Below, in pieces: positions 52,519 to 64,000 of a stretch of DNA of 64,000 nt (positions are counted from its first letter, which is position 1; each line of letters starts with the position of its first letter). The notes beneath the pieces are model-generated. The model searched no databases. It saw only the letters and a list, made by a program, of their open reading frames with translations, and was not told the origin of the DNA. Position numbers and translations under genes: made by a program. Source of the DNA: Eledone cirrhosa (lineage: Eukaryota); the NCBI GenBank assembly GCA_964016885.1, contig OZ024758.1, positions 10,664,001 to 10,728,000 on the forward strand, given 5' to 3'.

Positions 52519-52908
52519 GTATTTATATATATATATATATATATATAATGTGTGTTTGTGAGTGTGTGTGTATGTATGTATAATTTCAGATTAATTTATC
52601 GATATTGCTTTATTGTATTCGTATAGTTGGACATTACATTCATCTTCAATTCCCTAGAATGGTGGCACTTTATTTCGTGAGTCACCAGAGCAGCTGCTAT
52701 ACAGAATGTCCTGACATATTCTAGCGACAGTCTGTGTCTCTGTTAAAAAAAATTCAAACAAAGAGCAACAAATAATATCCGATAACTGCCTTTAAATTCC
52801 TTGTAGACAGTGAGTTTCTATGTTTAAGTTCATTGAATTATAAATATATATAGAGATAGATAGATAGATAGAGAGATATATAGATAGATAGAGAGAGAGA
52901 GAGACATG

Positions 52909-54014
<1,106 letters not shown>

Positions 54015-54032
54015 TGGAGTGTGATATAAAGA

Positions 54033-54134
54033 TGTTTCATTTTAAAATGTGTTTTTATTGTATATCGACTGTTACACATCTTTCGTATATCAAGCGGTCG
54101 ATATACAATAAAAACAACATTTTAAAGTGAAACA
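54033..54134. mobile_element. Small fold-back element or MITE with ~37-bp imperfect arms, next to (TA)n
   Basis: TGTTTCATTTTAAAATGTGTTTTTATTGTATATCGAC / GTCGATATACAATAAAAACAACATTTTAAAGTGAAACA. Confidence 0.7.
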
Positions 54135-54135
54135 C

Positions 54136-54190
<55 letters not shown>

Positions 54191-54191
<1 letters not shown>

Positions 54192-54279
54192 GCTGGAACC
54201 AATGTGTGCACTCGATGACACCAGTATATATGTATATACACCCTAATATGTCATTGAGTGCACACATTGGTGCCACCTA
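54191..54279. mobile_element. Small MITE-like element with 23-bp inverted repeats
   Basis: ACCAATGTGTGCACTCGATGACA / TGTCATTGAGTGCACACATTGGT, one mismatch; TA flanks. Confidence 0.7.
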
Positions 54280-54310
54280 CAGTAATAAAAGTACTGTAAT
54301 ACATACATAC

Positions 54311-54436
54311 ATATATATATATATTATATATATTATATATATTATATATATATATATAATATATATATATATATATTATATATATATATTATATAATATA
54401 TATATATATAATATAATATATATATATATATATATA

Positions 54437-54472
<36 letters not shown>

Positions 54473-54493
54473 TATATATATATATATATATAT

Positions 54494-54540
<47 letters not shown>
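54311..54540. repeat. (TA)n/(GA)n compound microsatellite
   Basis: Direct reading. Confidence 0.95.
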
Positions 54541-54544
<4 letters not shown>

Positions 54545-56786
54545 GTACACCCATGTATTTGCAGGGTCTTCTTCACAGGTCTCCGTGCAATGAAACGGTT
54601 CATTTCAATGTATACAATATTCTAGTTACTTTTGTGTTAATACTTATTGTTGTTACTTAACACAATTTGATGATATATAATTTAGTCATTTCTTGTTAAA
54701 TATTATATTCGGTAATATTGAAGTTTGTTGGAAACCTTTTTAATATTGGTTACTTGTCCACTGTTTGCAATTTAACACTTAATATTGCTGACGTTGACAC
54801 ACATTTGGGAGTTAAAAATGTGAAAATATATTTTAATGTTAATTATTTTGTCTTCAATGCTGTCTAGATGTTGATGTTATTATATTGTTAGAAATTTTCA
54901 TTTCATAGTCTAAAATTATATGACACAAAAAGCATAGATACAAGAGAATAAAATCAATATTTTTAGTTGTCTCTTCTAGAACGTAATTTTGTGAATCGAA
55001 TATCGTGTAACAATGTATATCAGAAGATAAATTAAAACCTTATTATAATATAGAATAAAATTGAATTGTAAGATAAAACATTTAAAAGATAAAAGAAAAC
55101 AAGTGAGAAATTAAAAATATATAAATAAAAGATGAGTGTCCAATTTATGTTTCATGAAGCAAAATAAAATTAATGACGAAAAATAGGCAGGATAATGATG
55201 ATAACACTCTGTTATTTAGCTTACACATCTAAAATACTTAATGTAACATAATGTAATTTCTGGCTAACCCAACCCATATTGTATGAGAATTATCTTTAGA
55301 GAGAGAATTTCTTTTTTATCTCGACGTCCGGAACAATTTTAGTTTTTATTATTAATGTTTATGTGAACAAAGCAGGGATTATATTATCGAATGTGTCTTT
55401 AAAAGCGGACCAGCCTAATGTATTTAGGACTACCTTATAAAATGTTTCTTATTTTGATATAGTAGGGAGTGATTAGAAGGTGGTTTGCCTGCTATTTCTT
55501 GTAACTCACCTGACTCAATGGCGCTTTCCGGTTAGTTCTTGGCTGGTCTCCAATTCAGTTAGACATAGCAAACATATTTTTGATCTAAAGCTTATAGAGA
55601 GAATTTATTTTCTTTGAATACACATGGAAAAAGAAATGGGACATTAGCTTTTGAAACGTCTTCAACACTGCTGACTAAATTATTTATTTCAAAGTCAATT
55701 TGATTACTTCTACACCAAACATTTGTAGCAAACTCACAGTTAATACAACGGACGGTTTTCTTTAGTTATTGTTGTTGTTGATGTTGCTGTTGACGTTGTT
55801 ATTATCGTTCTTATTATATTTGTTCTCATCGTCGTCTTTGTCATATCATCCTAGGAGCGCGCTGATCGCTAAAATCTACTATGAAACGTCCAGAGTCTCA
55901 ACAATTACATTATATATTTTGTAAACCGTTAAAGTGGTTTTTGGTTGTTATTTTTAGCAGTTCAAACCCTAGAGCAAAGACTCCGATACCTCGATCCATT
56001 GTTGATAATAATTTGAATGTATATATTAATATCGTCATTGTGTATGGATCTATAGACAAAACCAGACTTTGTGGTTAGTTTTAAAACATTGATATTCTGA
56101 TATTCCAGTGCGGATTGTTTCAGGAAACATTTAACAGACAATTAAGTTGATAGTCAACTTGAAAAAAAATTATATCTGAAGTATTGCATTTCAGATTTTA
56201 TATTTTGATTAAGATGCTTGCAGAAAAAAAAAAAAAAATCATTTCTAGGTGAGCAACATAGACTGAACAAAGAAATCAATTACACTATTGATCTGATTTT
56301 AACATATGCAACTGTAAAAGATTTTTATCAAATCAACTTCAACAAGAACTGTCTGTCTATAGAGATCAATCATAATATGAAGTATTAGAAATAACAACTA
56401 TGAAAATAAATAACTGATATTAGGTGTGGTTCTTTAACAGTTGGGAGTTATTTAAAAACAGTATATTTGTGAACACGTTATTACGTATGTCTCCCTTATT
56501 TTGGTAGTTAGCTATGGTGTAGGTACCTTAATGAGTAACGTGTTTAAGGTCTGATCAAGGCTATGGCACCTCAAGACTTCTAGATGCCCACCCCCTCTGG
56601 TATTATCAAGAATATAAGGATAGCTTCTAGTAAAATAGAAAGTGATATAATAATATATTTCTGTTTTTTGGGATATATCGACAAATGTCTGCTAACTTCG
56701 GAAAAAAATCTAATATCTAAATATTGTTATTTTGTTTATATATGAAATTATGTATATTGCTTTGATTCCCATTCCAATCAAACCTA

Positions 56787-56835
<49 letters not shown>

Positions 56836-56856
56836 CACTATATATATAATATATAC

Positions 56857-56914
<58 letters not shown>
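56787..56914. repeat. (TATC)n and (GA)n microsatellites
   Basis: Direct reading. Confidence 0.95.
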
Positions 56915-56917
<3 letters not shown>

Positions 56918-59028
56918 ACATATATATGTGTGTGTGAGTGTGTTTGTGCTATGCATACAATTCAATAGCCAATTGCTTGCCAGATGTTTTGTGCATTATC
57001 TCTTATCTTTTGATCATATAGTGTTTGTTTTAAAGTTCTAATTTCACACTTCTAATCTCCTCTGCAAACATTGATCTACAGACTATTATGTCGTGGTCGA
57101 CTTAAGCTCACAACCATATCTACATCTGAAAAAACAACAACAACAGAGACAATAGTAACACTGTAAAGATTTATAAACATCATTAGCAATAAACAATACA
57201 GAAGTTCAATAAATAAAATATGTTAAATTGTAACACTAGAATAACAAAACATTCTTTTACGAACTGTTAACTATAAAAATACACTTCACAATTCCTCTTA
57301 TTTGAAAAGGGCGACAAAGCGCCGACATATAAAGTACAAGTGTTTTGTTTCGTATTTCTTTGTTTACTCACGTTTTCATTCTTATATTTCTAATTTACAT
57401 TATACTGGTTTACAATTTAAATAACATAGAAAACTAGAAGTTCTTGCTATCTTTTTTTAAATCAAATGTACCTATTATGAAACAGTAACACCTTCCTTCC
57501 CAAGCAAAGTATGGTGCCTGACACCTTTACCAATACTGCCAATCCTATGTCCTTATTTGATGATACGTATATTAAAATCTAAGTAAACATCCAATATCTA
57601 ATCATTAGTTATAAGATATGTTGCGAGAATCTAAGAACTACAAGAGTGGCATCATTATAATACAGATTCGTAGATTGCTTCAATTCCATTACACAGTTGG
57701 GAATATTTAGTTTTATCTTCAATACTTAATATTGATAAAACTAGAGGGAGAGGGGATCTAGAAGACCTTAAAAACGTTACTCATTATTGAGGCCACCAAT
57801 GAAATAATTTTAAAAACTCTATATTTTGCATGGGTTATATGGACCGAATTGATAATATATTAGAATAATTGAAATTTCACTGATTTCAACTTTGCAATTC
57901 TGTTGAGGTCGATAAAATAATTCCCAGTTAAATTACAAACCTTTTTAGAATTGTGAATATATAAAAAAAAAAAAAAAATATTTCTCACAAAATAAACCAA
58001 TATTTAGAAAACCTGGAAACAAATGGTTTACTGCATGCATAACCTATATTTCGGATAGAACGAAATGTGACCAGAAAGTGAATGTGATTTAATGTTGGAG
58101 TAAATTCATCGCACGCACGCAACTAATCTTCTTGGGAAAAGCATAACATTGAAAATGTCCAATTTTTGTCTCTTTCTAAATTGAGGGTCTTTATGGCCAG
58201 TCAAACGATAACAATTCCTCACTAATTTGTTGGTTTCCATCATTTGTTCATCATTTCTATAACATTTAATATTCAACTCTGCTGGTATAATTGAGTTACA
58301 GCTTTCTCTGACGATTCACAATTAAACGAATTCAATCAATGACAATTTAGCAATGGAAATTACACTATGGAAATTACCTTGATTCTTATTCATTTTATGC
58401 GAACACAACTGTATTTCAGTATTTTTCTTTTCCTATTCACATTAGAAGATTCTGTTCGTTGCTGAAGACCTTTAAATTTTCTCGTATTCCTTCTGTCTTT
58501 CAACCCTCATAGAATTATCAATGAACAGGTTCAGGTTTCCAATACAAATAAACCAATATTTAATTAGATGCTATGAATGAGGTCGTTTGTACTAGAGGTA
58601 ATCTCTAGGGCGACCCTGACTGAGAATCAACGTGAATTTCTAAAGGACACACTTTCACCCCTATATCCTCACAATACTCTCGGGAATGTCATGGAAAACA
58701 ACTGCTTTCATTCTGGGTTTTTTTCCATTTCTTTAAAGTGTAGGGAAATAATGTTTTGCGAATCAGAAGGAAATATTAGATTCTTTATTTCCAAAGCGAG
58801 AAATAAGGATCTAATGTTTTAAATAAAATAAAATGCTGTAAATAAAAAAATAAAAAAATTCAACTCCTATTTGATATCACCGAAGAACGCTATGAAATTA
58901 TAATAATTTCTTGTTGACAAATTGCTTTATATGAAATGTGAAGCGAAGTTAAATGTTGATATTAACGATATACATTGTATCAATTACATTGTTGTACGTA
59001 CATTGAAACGTGACGCTTATAAAGTAAT

Positions 59029-59412
59029 ATAATTGTTTCTACTTTTAGTACAAGGCCAACAATTATCCCAGTGTATTACTGGTACTTTATTTTATCGACC
59101 CCGTAAGGATGAAAGGCAAAGTTAACCTCGGCGGGATTTGAACTCAGAATGGCAAGGGCCGTAACTCTATGCGTCAAAGCATGGCGTCCGACCCTCTACC
59201 GATACTGTTAATCCACCGCCAGTTATAATTGTTTCTACTTTTGGCACAAGGCCAGCACTTACCCAGTGCATTACTGGTACTTTATTTTATCGACCCCGTA
59301 AGGATGAAAGGTAAAGTCAACCTCGGCGGGATTTGAACTCAGATCGTAAAGGGACGTAACTATGGTGGAAAGCATGGCGTCCGACCCTCTACCGATACTG
59401 CCAATCCACCGC
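59029..59412 (-). mobile_element. S1 heterodimer (subfamily B 59029-59220 plus subfamily A 59225-59412) inside one TSD pair
   Basis: CGCTTATAAAGTAATATAAT at 59014-59033 and 59410-59429; only AGTT between the monomers. Confidence 0.93.
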
Positions 59413-60784
59413 TTATAAAGTAATATAATATCACTAACTGGGAATTGAAAACATACTTTACTTTCGTCTTGCTGAAGTTTCACTTCTAGCATTCCAGTAC
59501 TTGCTAGAATAGCAACAATATATCTTTCTTTAACCCCAAATGAATAATGTATTGTATATCCGGAAATCTAATATCAAATATTACATTTGTAGTAAAACAT
59601 ATCTCAACACGTCCTTCTCAATTGTTAATATTTTGAGTTTAATAATCACAATTGTCGACAAGATAACGGATTGTTATATGAAAACATGTTTTGTGTTTGT
59701 AATGTTTTACGCTTAGAAATGTACGCTATGAAATACGTTTAATTTATTTAGAGTAACATGTCTTATGGCTGTAAAACATACGGTATATATTTACAGGTAT
59801 ATGGACTGATATTGTACATGTTAGATGTAGTGGCCATAGATATATTTACAGTCACTGTTAAGATATAAAATGGAACTTTTGATGCTCAAGCTGGTGCATT
59901 ATCGATTTAGATTTGTGTTAAAGTTTTCTAAATGTAATTCCATAACAATAGAGAAGGATATTGTTAGTAAAGTTATGAAAGTAATCGACGATTTATGACC
60001 TATGTTCTTAGGTTATTAACTTGAAACAAGTGTAACCTTCTAAGTTGGAAGTCTTTCGACTAAACACGTTCAAATTTACACGAATTATGAGCATAACAAA
60101 ACCGAACAAAATGATGTAGTATGATTAATTTTAAACAAATGTATGAAACTGCTTTTCTTAATATTGTATACACTGCATGAGTCACAAACAGCAACTAAGA
60201 CTATTTCGTTTAAATAGTTTTAAATATCATTCCTATATAAATCGTGAAGTCAAGACAAATGACTCCGGGAGTCTGTAGTTTTATTAGTTTCATAGCATGC
60301 AGTGTGGACTTTCGCAGCAGAACAAGAGATAATATTTCAGTGAACAAAATTCGAGAAGTAGCTCCGATTCCTTATCGTAATACTTTCTCATTTCATTTGT
60401 CTGACGACTCATAAGAAAGAAAGCCTTTGTGCCATGAGAGAGTAAACACATCTATATAAACCATTTTGTTGAAAGAAAAAAATCAATAATCAAAGTTAGA
60501 TTATTATGAATGCGGTAAAGAATGACTGAATAAAGAATGTATTTAGAGTTTCTACATAATATTCAATTTAAATTTCACCAACAGTCCATGTCTATATAAT
60601 GTGGAAAATCCTGAAGATTTTTCTCCGGCTGAAATGTTTGTTGTTCTGCTAGAAATCGCGTTATATAAATCATAGTTTTGATTGAATCTTCGGAGATATA
60701 TAGGAAAACGGCAAGTGTAACGATTTTCGATAGTTTCTAGCTAAATCGTGAATTAAGTTTTGTTTGACCATATGAAGGGTTGTG

Positions 60785-60981
60785 GTTGTTTTTGCTAAGA
60801 CAGGTCAGACGTGATTTAGAAAACCTATGATCACAAACATTCCATTCCGTCTGTTTACATACTTTAAAATACTTTATTGAATGTGCCTTTCATATCTAAC
60901 AAGGTAAGGTATGATTTGCGGGAGATTTAACAGCTATTTCTAGTAGATAGCGTGACTGTATAGAGATTTTCTCGTTGGCTC
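60785..60981 (+). repeat. Old dispersed repeat family with core GATTT(G/A)GCTGCTATTTCTAG
   Basis: Related fragments near 270-325, 8895-8955, 55475-55540 and, inverted, 59500-59540 and 63345-63530. Confidence 0.55.
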
Positions 60982-62250
60982 TATCATAGAACAAACTTGA
61001 GCTAAGAGCGGAAAGCTAACTGTAACACTTCTCGCTAACTAGTGAAGTCACTAAAATAACTAGTTATTACTTGAAACGACATGATACAACCAATTTGTTA
61101 TTCTCCCAATTATCAGACAATCTTACAAATATACCTCTGCTGTCTTCCTCCCTATAAACACCCATCGACATCAAAATGATTTACTGAATGTAGTAGTGTG
61201 TACCGATGTTATTATATTATGGGACATGAATCAGTAAATAGTTTCCCTTTGTTCATAACATTTAGTGTATTAGTTTTTATGCCTATCACTACCGCAATTT
61301 ATAATAGAATAGTTTTTGTCTCTAACTTCAAAAAGCTTTGAAATTAAAGCAACCACAATACAATTTTTAATGTACATCTTAAAAGTGTAAATAATTCCAG
61401 AAAGACATTTTATTTGGGAAATCAAAATTATAACATACTTTCTATTATGCTGTGGAGGTTTAACAAGTTATATTAATAAGTGAATAAATAAATGAAATAT
61501 TATTTATATTAGTTTTTGGTTCAAACCAAAAATATCGATTACATAGAATTGATATATTAGGATGACACATGAAAGAGTAATGGTTCGTTCTCTCCAAATA
61601 TATTTTATGTATATCGTAACTAACAACTATGAATTGCACGAGATGTTAAACATACATAAAACTAAGAACAAGAGAATTTCATTTAAAACCTCCTATATTT
61701 AGAAAACAAATGATATGAATATTGTTTGGTTTTATTTTGTGTAAAACAATTCCAATTAAAATAGTTTCTGATATATTTTAAAATCCAACGAAACAAGATA
61801 GGCATCTTATGTCACGCTAGTGTAAAACAGAAAGATGTTTCGCGTGGGGAAATTGCATTTTATTGTACATACTACATATACACACGCAGATGAGAGGTAA
61901 AAATTGTATGTGCCTTTGGGCTGCATAACTTTATTGTTCGAGTTCAAATTACGCTGTGGTCGTCTTTCTTATCATTATTCCAAAGTTGATAAACTAAACA
62001 AACAACCAGCCGAGTGCTGCAGTTGATCTTATCGTCTGTATCCATCAATCACATTTGTGGCAGTGTGGCTGTTAGAAATAATATTGAAACGAACTGAGAC
62101 CCGAAACGTCAGCAGACATCAGTACAAATATATTGAATTAATATTATTGTAAATACCGCATCTTATATTTGATTTTAGATTCCCTTCATTTCCTGACTTA
62201 TGAATAAATATTAAAATTGAATGTGTGCATACATTTACACCACCAGCACC

Positions 62251-62380
<130 letters not shown>

Positions 62381-62909
62381 ACATGTGTGTGTATTTATTT
62401 ATAAACCTATTTCTATTTACGTTCATACATTACTTATTTTAAATCTTCTGATTTCATGCGAACAAATACACATACAAACATTAGCGCTCAAACACCACTA
62501 CTGTTTGATTAAAGATAAGAAGAGAATGGAATATTCAATAGTTTGACCTAAAAAGAATGTGCCCGTGCTGCTTTCGCCAGCGAAATAGTCAGATAACTTA
62601 CAAAACAAATTTGGTGTTAAGGCTTTGTTTAAGAACATTACTATACATTTAGATAGAAATAGAAGAGAAATACTAATTCTTATGACTTCAACCGAAACGA
62701 GCCTATATCTGAGAGACCCCCAAACGTTTTAAACCATCGCTCAGCGAGACCAGACATGTCAAAAAATCAGTAAACGGGATATAAACTAAACAAACAGTAA
62801 AGAAATAAAAATATGTGTGTGTGTCTGCGTGAATAAAAAATAAACGAAAAATAGTATATCAAACGATACATAATGAAGATATATATTAGTTTAAGGCTGT
62901 ATATAGTAG

Positions 62910-62960
62910 GAAAAGAGTCTTAACGTTTCAGACGCTAGTCCTTCATCAGCAGATAGAGAA
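62910..62960 (-). ncRNA. Minimal hammerhead core in a probable Penelope-like fragment
   Basis: Minus strand CTGATGA-AGGACTAGCGTCT-GAAA-CGTTA; stem I is not convincing; (TA)n begins 40 bp away. Confidence 0.55.
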
Positions 62961-63000
62961 ATAAAAGAATAAATAGAAAGTAAGATATAGGAGAGTGAAA

Positions 63001-63070
<70 letters not shown>

Positions 63071-63229
63071 AGGATGAATATAAAATGAAAGTGCTTTTGT
63101 TAAAAAAGGAATCTATTAGGTATTCTACATTTTCTCCGGAATATAATTTATACTCGTTGAGCAAACCTGCACGTACGCTGTTCATCTCTAACGTAACGAT
63201 ATATTATCACTACATTATTGATAACCTGA

Positions 63230-63266
<37 letters not shown>

Positions 63267-63939
63267 CTCCCAGAGAAACGTCAGGTTTTGGCCAATATGT
63301 TCTATCTCCGAGCATGGTATCATCGACCACTTTGGGGAATCCTGCTCAATCTGCTAGCTTGATCTGTTAAAAATAACTGCCATACATCTCTTTAAAACAC
63401 GCACTATTGTCTTACAAAACAAAGGTAGATTAGATAGTGTATTTCTGAATACAGAATGTCTAAAATATTATGTTTCCGGTTAGAAATCCTTTAATCATAG
63501 GCCTAGCTTTGAGGCTTAGCAACAGCAATCGAAAGAGACAACATAATTATGGCTGGTCTATTGCTTGCATGCTTGCTGCTTGTTTGTTATATTCTCTTCA
63601 ATTATGTGATATATGTTAGAGGAAAACACCGGAATACGGATACATTAACTCACAGGTATTGCAGCTTTGACAACAAAACCTAATAAATATTTTCCTTGTT
63701 CACTCCTAAATTGTGACTGTCATTCGAGTAGCTTTACATCTTAATTGTTTTATGTACTTTTGTAATAGAAATTGCTTCAGCAATTTACGCTTTTTATTAG
63801 GTCTTTTTTTTCTGGCTTTCCTTCAGATCGTTCATGCTTCTTTTTGTGTATTTTTTTACTTAGTTACTACAGCTGTTGTTTGTAAACCTATTGCTTGTTA
63901 GTGCTGGTAATGCAGACACACATACACACACATACACAC

Positions 63940-64000
<61 letters not shown>

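Noticed and set aside
62094-62115. CTGAGACCCGAAACGTCA hammerhead-like fragment
   Set aside because: Core incomplete and no stem II

Overview
This is very AT-rich, microsatellite-saturated eukaryotic non-coding DNA (intronic or intergenic). The repeat content looks like an octopus/cephalopod genome, which is an inference from remembered repeat motifs, not a search. I can support no intact protein-coding gene; nearly all ORFs in the track are translations of (TA)n/(CA)n/(GA)n repeats. The window holds: (1) about 21 young copies and several old relics of a ~190-bp tRNA-derived SINE, with clear target-site duplications (TSDs) and unusual tandem, dimer, permuted and fold-back arrangements; (2) several families of short non-autonomous elements sitting only inside (TA)n tracts, many with a copy-specific fold-back (inverted) end; (3) minimal type I hammerhead ribozyme motifs (CUGANGA - stem II - GAAA - short palindromic stem III - UH) in some of those families, with different stem II sequences between copies, pointing to Penelope-like or retrozyme-like retroelements; (4) relics of a hAT transposase and of several LINEs, plus small MITEs and minisatellites. 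The TA-targeted, ribozyme-bearing, fold-back elements are the most interesting system. All coordinates were read by eye and may be off by a few bases.
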